Below are positions 12,001-23,224 of a stretch of 64,000 nucleotides of DNA, one piece after another. The notes beneath the pieces are model-generated. The model was not told the DNA's origin. It made no database searches and saw nothing but the letters and a program-made list of their open reading frames with translations. The stretch comes from Pristiophorus japonicus (taxonomy: Eukaryota). Position 1 is the stretch's first letter. Each line of letters starts with the position of its first letter. A program made the translations under genes and the position numbers. Where the stretch lies: contig NC_091978.1 in the NCBI RefSeq assembly GCF_044704955.1, positions 209,808,001 through 209,872,000 on the forward strand. Direction: 5' to 3'.

Positions 12001-13715
12001 TCGATTCGCCAGGACACTCGTCCCAGCATGATTCAAGTGAAGTCCGTCCCGACGGAACAGCTCCTTCTTACCGCAGTACTGGTGCCAGTGCCCCATGAAA
12101 CGAAACCCATTTCTCCAACAGCATCCTTTGAGGCATGTGTTCATCTCTCTGATCCTATTTACACAATACAAATTTGCTCGTGGCTCAGGTAGTAATCCAG
12201 AGGTTATTACCTTTGTGGTTCTGCTTTTTAATCTAGCGCCTAGCTGCTCATACTCCCTCAGCAGAACTTCTTTCTTTGTTCTACCTATGTCATTGGTACC
12301 TACGTGGACCACAACAATTGGATCTTCCCCCTCCCACTCCAAGTACCTCTCCAGCCAGAGGAGATGTCCTTAACTCTGGCACCGGGCAGGCAACACAACC
12401 TTCGGGACGCACGCTCTCGGCTGCAGAAAACAGTATCTATCCCCCTAACCATACTGTTCCCTACCACTACATTTCTTTTTACTCCCACTAAAATGGCCCC
12501 CTGTATCACAGTGCTATGGTCAGTTTGCTCATCCTCCCTGCAGTCTTTGCCCTGTCCACACAGGTTGGAGGCCCTGACCTGCATGAGAACACCAGCGGCA
12601 GGTCGGGCCATAGAAGGAGCGGCGTGGAGGCCCCGACCTGTGTGAGAACACCAGCGGCAGGACGGGGCCATAAAAGGAGCGGTGTGGAGGCCTTGGGGAG
12701 CAGCATGGAGGCATGCCGCTCCAGGGAGCAGCGCGAGCTGGTGCAGGAGGGCACATCAGCGAAGAGTGACGTCATCAAGATCTAGGTCAGTGATTGGAGC
12801 GTGGGCAGATACAGCAGGAGTGACGAGGTCAGGGCGAAGGAGCGGTGAGACACTGTAGAGGGATGTGATCGGGGCCCAAGGAGGCGTGAGTTCGGGGCCA
12901 GGGGCAGCACGGGCCAGCCCACACTGCGATGTGTGTGCGCACTAGATTTGTGCAGCAGAGCTGGTCTCCAGTCGTCTTGGGTAATCCTTGCCACTGGACC
13001 AAGACCTAGCTCTGTCAAGCCCATGTGGTGGCTGAGGTCCTTTTTGAAACACCTGTGAACTCATCCTTTTTTGGCATGGAAGCAAGTCATATTTGTTTTG
13101 AGGGACCGCCTATGATGATGATGCCACACATGGAGCAAGAATCTCATGCCTGTTGGACAAGAGCAAGGGCTGAGGCTCCTCTATTACTACATCCTGGATC
13201 CACATACCTGTCTCACTTGTAGTCACACCCTCCTGTCCCCGACCACGGGCCAAATTTGAATTAATCAATCTAAGGGGTGTGACTGCCTCCTGGAACACAG
13301 CGTCCAGGTAACTGATGTGTCGCAGTGTCTGCAGCTCGGACTCCAGCTTATCAACACTGAGCCGAAGTTCCTAGAGCTGCAGACATTTACTGCAGATGTG
13401 GTCACCGTGGCCCTCAAAGGTGTCCACTAGCTCCTTTATGCAGCAGCAGTAACACATCTCTAATGTATTTAATTCATTAAGTTTTCAAGTTTTAAGCGCT
13501 TAGTTTTTAACCCCGGCTCTTAATTTAAACCAATGCCTAAGAGAGAAAAACTGACCAACCAATCACTTCCCTGCTTTCCTGTGACATCACACTTTGATTC
13601 TTTTCACTTCTTAACCTCCCAGGCCAGTTGGTGCTGCTCAGAGCTAGCTGTTTAGTAGATTGCCACTGGGCTGCTCCTCTCACACCTTTTTATCACCGCT
13701 CCTGATCTTGCACTG
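9025..13715 (-). mobile_element. Near full-length CR1 LINE, decayed: ORF1 esterase, ORF2 endonuclease and RT
   Basis: ORF fragments GNSMVRG/VVVHVGTND/DGLHL (SGNH), LYLNARSI/ITETW/GDFN/SDH (APE), [22 protein letters not shown] (RT); CATAAGAA tail; sits inside an older plus-strand CR1 (8945-9024 and 13716-15030). Confidence 0.93.
12563..13123 (+). mobile_element. SINE-like element with an RTE-type tail, inserted in CR1 ORF1
   Basis: 7-bp TSD CCACACA (12556-12562 and 13124-13130); tail GAGGGACCGCCTATGATGATGATG matches the RTE 3' end near 17440; internal repeats of about 59 bp. Confidence 0.8.
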
Positions 13716-15032
13716 TTTAGTACATGGAAACGTGTGGGCTAATAAATGTAAGTCAGCATGGATTTGTTGAAGGCAAATCGTGTCGGACTAATTTCATCGA
13801 GTTCTTTGATGAAGTAACAAAAATGATTGCTGCGGGTAGTGCAGTTGATAACGTATATGAAATTTCAAAAGGTTTTTGGACAAAGTACCACAAAATAGAC
13901 TTGCTGCAAAAATTAAAGGCCATGGGATTAAAGGGACAGTGGCAGCATGGATTCAAAATTGGCTAAGGCTCAGAAAGTAGTGGTGAATGGTTATATTTTA
14001 GACTGGAGGGAAGTATGCAGTGGTGGTGTCCCCAAAGGTTAGGTGTTAGGACCACTGATCTTTTTGATATATATTAATGACCTGGATTTGGGTATAATTT
14101 CAAAGTTTGCAGATGACACAAAACTCAAATGTAGTAAACAATGAGAATATTAACAGACTTTAGAAGGACATGGACAGACTGGAGGACATGGACAGACTGG
14201 TGAAATGGACAGACACATGGCAGATGAAATTTAACACAGAAGTGTGAAGTGATACATTTTCAGAGTGAGAATGAGGCTAGGCAATATGAACGGTTACATA
14301 TGAATGGTACAATTTTAAAGAGGGCACAGAAAGAGAGAGACCGGGTTGGGGTGGGGTGGTGTATGTACACAAATCATTGAAGGTGGCAGGCCAAGTTGAG
14401 AAGGCTGTTAAAGCATATGGGGGTCATTGGCTTTATTAAAAGAGGTATAAAGTACTAAAGCAAAGTTAGGCTTAACCTTTATAAAACAATGGTTAGGCCT
14501 CCAGTGGAGTATTGCATTCAGTTCAGGGCACCACAGTTTAGGAAGGATGTCAAGGCCTTAGAGAGGGTGCAGAAGAGATTTACAAGAAAGGTACTAGTGA
14601 TGAGGGATTTCAGTTGTGTAGAGAGATTGGAAAAGCTGGGGTGTACTCCTTAGAGCAGAAAATGTTAAGGGAGAAATTGAGAGGTGGTCAAAATTTAACA
14701 GTTTTTGATAAGAGTAAATAAGGAGAAACAGTTTCCAGTGGCAGAGGGGTCGGTGATGACACAGATTTAAGGTATCAAAAGAACCTGAGGTGAAATGAGG
14801 AAACATTTGTTTATACAGCAAGTTGTGGTGATCTGAAAAGCACTGCCTGAAGGGGTGGTGGAAGCAGATTCAATCATAAAATTCAAGCGACTTGGATAAA
14901 TATTATGGGGAAAATGTGCCAGACTACAGGGAAAGAGCAGGGAAGTGAGACGGATTGATTAACTCTACAAGAGGGTCAGCACAGGCTCGATGGGCCGAAT
15001 GGTCTCTTTCTGTGCTGTCTCATTCTATGATT
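13716..15032 (+). mobile_element. Older CR1 RT and 3' portion
   Basis: SQHGFVEGKSC..NFIEFFDEVT and KFADDTK; CR1 3' UTR ending CATTCTATGA. Confidence 0.88.
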
Positions 15033-15185
15033 TGGACATCAACGGTAGACGTAACAGACTATCGGCCCAAAGGAAAATACACGCGTCCCTTTAATGCCGA
15101 ACTGGTTAAACAAAAGACCAGAGAATAATAAACATTAATAATAAACCCCGAGCCCCACAACAGTGACCGTCAATGTTATATGGAC

Positions 15186-15296
15186 CTTGGAGCCGCTGCT
15201 GGGCCGGGACAGCGAGGAGCAGTGAAGCAGGTTCCCAGCCAGACCCGCCCTCAGGATGGACTGCAACAGCGACTTGGTGCACACACCGAGCGACAT
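15186..15296 (-). CDS. LAP3: Candidate LAP3 coding exon 1 (transit-peptide-like), 111 nt
   Basis: ATG at 15296 reads MSLGVCTKSLLQSILRAGLAGNLLHCSSLSRPSSGSK, then a phase-0 GT; no acidic residues; lies in the only unique CpG-rich island between the LAP3 internal exons and CLRN2; donor AAG/GTCCAT is weak. Confidence 0.6.
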
Positions 15297-15335
15297 GTCT
15301 GACAGCGAGCGAACGAGGGAGGGAGGGAGGCAAGT

Positions 15336-15503
15336 GCTCCCGGCTCCCCGGACAGCGCCCCTAGTGGCGAGCAAACTGCACTACTTCAGGCTCCCGACTC
15401 CCCAGGACAATGCCCTTGATGGCGAGCTCACTGCAATGCTCCTAGCTCCCCGGACAGCACCCCTGATGCCGAGCTGATTCTAATGTCAGGCTCCTGGCTT
15501 CCC
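15336..15503. promoter_or_regulatory. Putative LAP3 promoter with a degenerate tandem repeat (unit about 50 bp, 3 copies plus a partial)
   Basis: Unit GCTCCYRGCTCCCCGGACAGCRCCCCTR.TGGCGAGC immediately upstream of the candidate exon 1. Confidence 0.5.
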
Positions 15504-16043
15504 AGAGTTTTGCTCCGTTGGTATTGAGCGAGCTCCCACCAGTTAGCGTCAGAACTATTTTCTGGCATTTATCTCAGAGCTGAGCTCAAATTATTTACTC
15601 GCAATGTTGAACTCCAAGAAATGTAATTGATAACTAATTCCTGCAGCTTTCCTTGAGAAATTCTGAATTTGTCGATAAATACTCCTGAACTGTAGTAAAT
15701 AGGATATTTAATCCCTTCAATAAATTATCCTCAGAGCCATGTTTGATAAGTTCATGAATTATTTTAATGGTTCTTTCCCCAAACTGCACGAAATAACTTA
15801 ATGAATTATTTCAATAAATTGTCCCAAAAGCTATATTTAACAAATTCCTGAATCTTCAAATTCATATTTCATCCCTTTTCTCCTCCCAAGCTTAATAATT
15901 ATTTATGTCCCAAATAAATTGGTCCCTCAGTCATGGTCATTAAATCCAGTTTCCCTCCCAAAGTGAACTGCCCCAATACAGTAAACTGCTGCCCTCAATT
16001 AATTAAATCTTAATGGCCTTTAGTGACTTAGCTTAGTCATAGA

Positions 16044-17460
16044 CCTCAGCCTTAAGCCGTCTGTAAAGCTGCTTTGCTGCTCCCGAGTTGGGTTGTTGTT
16101 TTAGGTTCAGAAATGCTCTGCGCTTGCGATTTATTAGCTCTTGGATCTCCTGGTCATTCTCATCAAACCAGTTCTGGTGTTTCCTGGTTGAGTGACCGAG
16201 TGTCTCTTCGCAGGCACTGATTATGGTGGCCTGGAGTGCAGACCAAGCGCTGTGGACATTCTGCATCTCGGGGTCATCAAGGGCCAGGTGAGCAATGAGG
16301 CGCTGGCTGTATAGGGCTCTCTTAGCTGGGTCTTTGAGTGCCCCGGCATTGATTTTTCTGCAGCACTGCTTCTGCTGCTGTCGTCATTTTGGGACGATAC
16401 TGATGTTGATGACGGAACGGATTAGGCGGTGGTCCGTCCAGCAGTTGTCAGCTCCTGTCATGGCACGTGTGATGCGCACATCCTTGCGATCCCTGGCTCG
16501 AATGATGACGTAGTCGAGCAGGTGCTGGTGTTTGGAGCGAGGGTTTTGCCACAATGCCTTGTACTTGTCCCTCTGGCGGAACAAGGTGTTAGTGATGACA
16601 AGGTCATGTTCTAGGCATTTTGTCAGGAGTAGGGTACCACTGGAGTTGGTTTTCCCTACTTCCTCTCTGCTGATCACACCTCCCCAGAGGTTTGTGTCCT
16701 TACTGACCCTATTATCAGCAAGGGCAGTCATCGACAACGAGGTTCAACACCGCCTCCAGTGCGCCAGCACAGCCTTCGGCCATCTGAGGAAGAGAGTATT
16801 TGAAGATCAGGCCCTCAAATATAGCACCAAGCTTATGGTCTACAGGGCTGCAGTGATACCCACCTCCTGTAGGCTCAGAGACGTGGACCATATATAGTAG
16901 ATACCACAAATCGCTGGAGAAATACCACCAATGATGTCTCCGCAAGATCCTGCAAATCCCTTGGGAGGACAGACGCACCAACGTTAGTGTCCTCGATCAG
17001 GCTAACATCCCCATCATCGAAGCACTAACCACACTCGACCAGCTCCACTGGGCGGGCCACATTGTTCACATACCCGACAGAAGACTCCCAAAGCAAGCGC
17101 TCTACTTGGAACTCTTACACAGCAAGCGAACCCCAGGTGGGCAGAGGAAATGTTTCAAGGACACTCTCAAAGCCTCCATGATAAAATGCAACAACCCCAC
17201 CGACACCTGGGAGTTCCTGGCCAAAGACCACCCTAAGTGGAGGAAGTGTATCTGGGAGGGTGCTGAGCACCTCGAGTCTTGTTGCCGAGAGCATGCAGGC
17301 ATAAGTGCAGGCAGCGGAAGGAGCGTACAGCAAACCAGACTCCCCACCCACCCTTTCATTCAACGACTGTCTGTCCCACCTGTGACAGAGACTATAATTC
17401 CCGTATTGGACTGTTCAGTCACCTAAGAACTCACTTTTAGAGGGACTGCCTATGGTTGAT
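16044..17460 (+). mobile_element. RTE-clade LINE insertion with an inverted 5' segment
   Basis: Minus-strand endonuclease part (LVITNTLF, HLLDYVI, WTDHRL, WFDEND) at 16044-16710 joined to plus-strand RT C-terminus and 3' tail at 16708-17460; 11-bp TSD TTAGTCATAGA. Confidence 0.88.
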
Positions 17461-17471
17461 TTAGTCATAGA

Positions 17472-17770
17472 ATAGAATCATAGAAATTTACAGCACAGAA
17501 CGAGGCCATTTCGGCCCATCGCATCCACGCTGGCCAACAAAGAGCTATCCAGCCTAACCTCACTTTCCAGTTCTTGGTAGCCTTGTAGGTTACAGCATAT
17601 CAAGTGCATATCCAGATACCTTTTAAATGTGGTAAGGGTTTCTGCCTCTACCACCTTTTCAGGCAGTGAGTTCCAGACCCCCACCATCCTCTGAGTAAAA
17701 TAAATTCCCCTCAAATCCCATCTAAACCTCCAACCAAACAATTTAAGTCTATGCCCCTGGTTGTTGAAGG
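17472..17770 (-). mobile_element. CR1 3'-end fragment
   Basis: FTQRMVGVWNSLPEKVVEAETLTTFKRYLD; ATAGAATC tail. Confidence 0.85.
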
Positions 17771-18443
17771 ATTCTCCAGGGAAGAGTGATCATAGCATGT
17801 TAAAATTTCAAATTCAGTTTGAGGGTGAGAAACTTGGGTCTCAAACTAGTGTCCTGAACTTAGGAGGATTCAAGAAAGAGTAAATGTAAAAGCATCAAGA
17901 GAAATGTCAAGGCTCTAGAGCAAAGCAGAGCTTTGGGTAAAAAAATAAGCAGAGTGGGTCAGGAAGGGACAGAGTGAGTAACAAAGGTAATAGGCATCAC
18001 CAACGAAAGGGACATAAGGGAAAATTAGAAAAAAAATTAAAGCTAAAAGCACTATATCTGAATACATGAAGCATTCGCAACAAAATAGATGAATTAATAG
18101 CGCAGATAGAAATTAATAAGTTTGATCTAATAGCTATTACAGAGACATGGTTGCAAAGTGACCAAGGTTGGGAACTAAATATTCCACAATACTTTACTTT
18201 TAGCAGAGATAGGCAAATAGGAAAAGGAGGAGGGGTAGCCCTGACAATAAAGGATGGGATAAAGACAGTAGAGAGAAAAGATCTTAGCTCAGAAAATCAA
18301 GAAGTAGAATCAGTTTAGGTGGAGATAAGAAACAGCAAAGGGCAGAAAACATTACTGGGAGTTGTTTATAGGCCCCCAAACAATAGTAGTAATGTGGGGC
18401 ACAGTATAAATCAGGAAATTAGATGTATATCTAACAAGGGTAA
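17770..18443 (+). mobile_element. CR1 ORF2 N-terminal endonuclease fragment
   Basis: LKALYLN..SIRNKIDEL, AITETW, GVVYRPPN; cut by the LTR at 18444. Confidence 0.85.
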
Positions 18444-21400
18444 TGTTATGTATTTAACCCTTGGCAACCTGTATCACACCACTACCAGAGGGCCTACCTG
18501 TTGGAGTCCCAAGGGATTCCAGCATCCCTTGGGAGCACTGTATATAAGCAGGCCACCCACGTGGTACCTGCACTCTGGAGTCTTATTAAAGGAGCTAAGG
18601 TCACACTTACTCATTGTTCACAGTACTCAGTTGCATCCTTTATTATGAGCGTATCAATTGGCGACGAGATAACGAACAACCGCGCGAAAACATAGAAACA
18701 TAGAAAATAGGTGCAGGAGTAAGCCATTCGGCCCTTTGAGCCTGCACCACCATTCAATAAGATCATGGCTGATCATTCCCTCAGTACCCCTTTCCTGCTT
18801 TCTCTGCATATGGTTTGATCCCTTTAGCCGCAAGGGCCATATCTAACTCCCTCTTGAATATATCCAATGAACTGGCATCAACAACTCTCTGCGGCAGGGA
18901 ATTCCACAGGTTAACAACTCTCTGAGTGAAGAAGTTTCTCCTCATCTCAGTCCTAAATGGCCTACTCCTTATCCTAAGACTGTGTCCCCTGGTTCTGGAC
19001 TTTCCCAACATCGGGAACATTCTTCCCGCATCTAACCTGTCCAGTCCCGTCAGAATCTTATATGTATCTATGAGATCCCCTCTCATCCTTCTAAACTCCA
19101 GTGTATAAAGGCCCAGTTGATCCAGTCTCTCCTCATATGTCAGTCCAGCCATCCCTAGAAACAGTCTGGTGAACCTTCGCTGCACTCCCTCAATATCAAG
19201 AACGTCCTTCCTCAGATTAGGAGACCAAAACAGAACACAATATTCCAGGTGAGGTCTCACCAAGGCCCTGTACAAGTGCAGTAAGACCTCCCTGCTCCTA
19301 TACTCAAATCCCCTAGCTATGAAGGCCAACATACCATTTTCCTTCTACACCGCCTGCTGTACCTGCATGCCAACTTTCAATGACTGATGAACCATGACAC
19401 CCAGGTCTCGTTGCACCTGCCCTTTTCCTAATCTGCCGCCATTCAGATAATATTCTGACTTCGTGTTTTTGCCCCCAAAATGGATAACCTCACATTTATC
19501 CACATTATACTGCATCTGCCATGTATTTGCCCACTCACCTAACCTGTCCAAGTCACCCTGCAGCCTCTTAGCATCCTCCTCACGGCTCATACCACCACAC
19601 AATTTAGTGTCATCTGCAAACATTTATTCCCTCTCTTTGCTTCCTGTCTGCCAACCAGTTCTCTATCCACATCAATACATTACCCCCAATACCATGTGCC
19701 TTAATTTTGCACGCTAATGTCTTATATGGGACCTTGTCAAAAGCCTTTTGAAAGTCCAAATACACCACATCCACCCGTTCTCCCTTATCCACTCTACTAG
19801 TTACATCCTCAAAAAATTCCAGAAGATTCGTCAAGCATAATTTCCCGTTCATAAATCCATGCTGACTTGGATCGATCCTGTCACTGCTTTCCAAATGCGC
19901 TGCTATTACATCTTTAATAATTTTTCCAACATTTTCCCCAATACTGATGTCAGACTAACCGGTCTATAATTCCTTGTTTTCTCTCTCCCTCCTTTTATAA
20001 AAAGTGGGGTTAGATTAGCTACCCTCTAATCCATAGGAACTGAACCTGAGTTATAGAATGTTGAAAAATGACTACCAATGCATCCACTATTTCTATGGCC
20101 ACTTCCTTAAGTACTCTGGGATGCAAACTATCAGGCCCTGGGGATTTATTGGCCTTCAGTCCCTTCAATTTCCCTAACATCATTTCCTGACTAATAAGGA
20201 TTAACCTCAGCTCCCACTTCTCGCTAGACCCTCAGTCTATTTGTTCAATTGGTCTGCCATTTCCTTGTTCCCCATTATGAATTCCCCTGATTCTGACTGC
20301 AAAGGACCTACATTAGTCTTCACTAATCTTTTTCTTTTCACATATCTATAGAAGCTTTTGCAGTCAGTTTTTATGTTCACTGAAGGGATCATATCACTGG
20401 TCGAGTTTAACGAGTGGGCTTGTCCCATTGTTCCTGTGTTGAAGAGTGATGGCACCGTCAGGATTTGTGGAGACTACAAGGTTACAATTAACCGATTTTC
20501 AAAAGAGGATCGGTATCCATTACCGAGGGCTGATGACCTGTTCGCCATGCTAGCTGGTGGAAAGTCGTTCATGAAACTGGATCTGACGTTGGCCTATATG
20601 ACACAAGAGCTTGTCAACACTTCAGAGAAACTCACCTGCATCAACACCCATAAAGGACTGTTCATCTACAACAGGTGTCCTTTTGGGATTCGTTCAGCTA
20701 CAGCCATATTTCAGAGGAATATGGAGAGTTTACTGAAGTCTGTTCCTAGAACTGTCATGTTTTAAGATGACATTCTGGCCACAGGTCGCGATACTGCTGA
20801 ACATCTGAACAATCTTGAAGAAGTCCTACAGCGTCTGAACAAAGTGGGACTCAGGCTGAAACGCTCGAAGTGTGTATTCATAGTACCTGAAGTCAAATTC
20901 CTTGGGAGGAAGATTGCTGCTGATGGCATCAGGCCCACTGATTCAAAAACTGAGGCCATCAAAAATGCACCCAGACCTCAGAATGTGACAGAGCTGCGTT
21001 CGTTCCTTGGGCTACTCAACTACTTTGGTAATTTCTTACCCAGATTGAACACTTTACTCGAGCCACTGCATGTGTTAAATAGAAAAGGTGACAACTGGGT
21101 TTGGGGTGCGTCTCAAGATAGAGCTTTTGAGAAAGCCAAGAATCTGCTATGTTCAAACAAGTTGCTTGTTCATTATGATCCGTGTAAGCGTCTTGTATTA
21201 GCCTGTGATGCTTCATCATATGGGGTTGGCTGCGTACTCCAACAAGCAAATGAATCGGGCAAGTTACAACCTGCTACGTATGTTTCGAGAAGTCTGTCTA
21301 AAGCGGAAAGAGCTTAATATGGTAGAGTTTGGCCTGTGTGTATGGGGTAAAAAAAATGCACCAGTACCTGTTTGGTCTTCGCTTTGAAACTTTGAAACAG

Positions 21401-23219
21401 ATCACAAGCCACTCATTTCATTGTTTGCAGAAAACAAAGGTATTAATACCAATGCATCATCCCGCATTCAGAGATGGGTGCTGACATTGTCTGCCTATGA
21501 TTACGTCATCCATCATAGACCTGACACTGAGAATTGTGCTGATGCACTGAGTCGTCTGTCCTTACCCACAACTGAGATGGAGATGCCTCAACCTGCAGAT
21601 CTATTGTTAGTAATGGATGCTTTTGAAAGTGAAGGAACCCCTGTCACTGCTCAACAAGTTAGGATCTGGATCAGCCCTGACCCTATTTTATCAGTTGCGA
21701 AACGGTGTGTACACAGTGGTAATTGGTCTGCCATACCTATGGAGACGCGTGAGGAGACCAAACCTTACAAAAGTCGCAAGGATGAGCTGTCCATTCAGTC
21801 AGACTGTTTGCTGTGGGGTAATCTTGTAATCATGCCTAAGAAAGGTAGAGAAAAATTTGTACGTGAACTTCATAGCACTCATCCTGGTATTGTCATGATG
21901 AATTCCATTGCTAGGTCTCATGTATGGTGCCCTGGAATTGACTCTGATCTGGAATCATGCGTACATCAATGCAATACTTGCATGCAGCTAAGTAAAGTAC
22001 CAGCGGAATCTCCGTTGCGTCTTTGGTCGTGGCCATCCAAACCATGGTCGATTTGTGGGCCCGTTCCTAAGAAAGATGTTTTTTGTCGTCGTAGATGCAT
22101 ATTCTAAGTGGATAGAGTGTGTTATTATGTCATCCAGCAAGTCTATAGCTACCATTGAGAGCCTTCGTATCATGTTTGCTACTCATGGTTTGCCTGACAT
22201 TGTTGTGAGCGACAACGGACCTTGCTTCACAAGTCTTGAGTTCCAGGAGTTCATGAAACTCAATGGCATCAGACATGTGAGATCAGCTCCATTCAAGCCT
22301 GCTTCTAATGATCAAGCAGAGCGTGCTGTTCAAACGATTAAGCAAAGTATGAAATGTGTAACTCAGGGCTCACTGCAGAGACAGTTGCCATGTATATTGC
22401 TCAGTTACAGGTCAAGACCTCATACACTTACTGGGGTTCCTCTTGCTGAACTACTGATGAAGAGAAATCTCAAGACCAGGCTTTCTCTTGTTCATCCTGA
22501 TTTGAATGATTGTGTTGAAACCGGACGTCAAAGTCAGCAATGGTTTCATGATCGTGTTGCCGTGTCACATGACATCTCGGTCAATGATCCAGTTTATTTA
22601 CTGAACTATGGTCAAGGTCCAAAGTGGATCACCGGCACTGTTACAGCCAAGAAGGGTAACAGAGTGTTTATTGTCATGCTCAAGAATGGACAAACATGCA
22701 GGAAACACCTTGACCAGGTTAAACTGCAGCACACGGATGAACTGGAACTGAGTGAGGAAGATGCAGTCAGTGACCAACCAACCATTATTCACTCATCAGA
22801 GGACTCTGCTGACATTACTGACTCTGAACCTTCAGTCTCTGATGTGGTCATGACCACTCCCATCAGATCGGCTCCTCAGCCCCCAGTCTCAATGGACTCA
22901 GAACGCTCGCCCAGAGCCAAAGTTGAACTGAGACGATCAACTTGTGAGAGGAAAGCCCCAGACCATCTTAATTTGTAAAAAGACTGTTGTTAAGATTTTA
23001 AAAGGGGGATGTTGTTATGTATTAATGCTTGGGGGTCACCAGACACCAGAGGGCACCGCGGTCGGAGGACTGTACGCATGTAGCATATTTGCTTGGTCAC
23101 CTGTATATAAGCCTTTGTCTTTGTCATGCAGGCACTCTTGGGCTGGAATAAAGATGGGTCAGGTTGCACCTGAATGAGTTTATATTAACCAGACTCTTGA
23201 GTCATTACAGGCATTATAA
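18444..23219 (+). mobile_element. Gypsy (Mag-type) LTR retrotransposon, decayed and probably chimeric
   Basis: 5' LTR TGTTATG...TATCA (18444-18656), PBS TGGCGACGAG (18659-18668), RT (VRICGDYK, PFGI), RNase H (CDASSYGVG), integrase (HPGI..C..C, SDNGP), PPT AAAAGGGGGA, 3' LTR about 23013-23219; gag and protease absent. Confidence 0.92.
18691..20358 (-). mobile_element. CR1 fragment with internal deletions, inside the Gypsy element
   Basis: ORFs 18781-19332, 19345-19623 and 19610-19894 are CR1 RT; CATAGAAA tail. Confidence 0.92.
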
Positions 23220-23224
23220 AGTAA

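Noticed and set aside
15354-15368. Canonical CTCF site
   Set aside because: One C short of GCGCCCCCTAGTGG; kept only as CTCF-like.
15336-15503. CRISPR-like repeat-spacer pattern (also 12567-12690)
   Set aside because: Degenerate tandem units without unique spacers, no cas genes, vertebrate context.
18440-23224. GTAA on both sides as proof of one intact Gypsy insertion
   Set aside because: Related elements here make 5-bp TSDs (GGTAA vs AGTAA mismatch), the LTRs differ, and the two flanks belong to different host elements.
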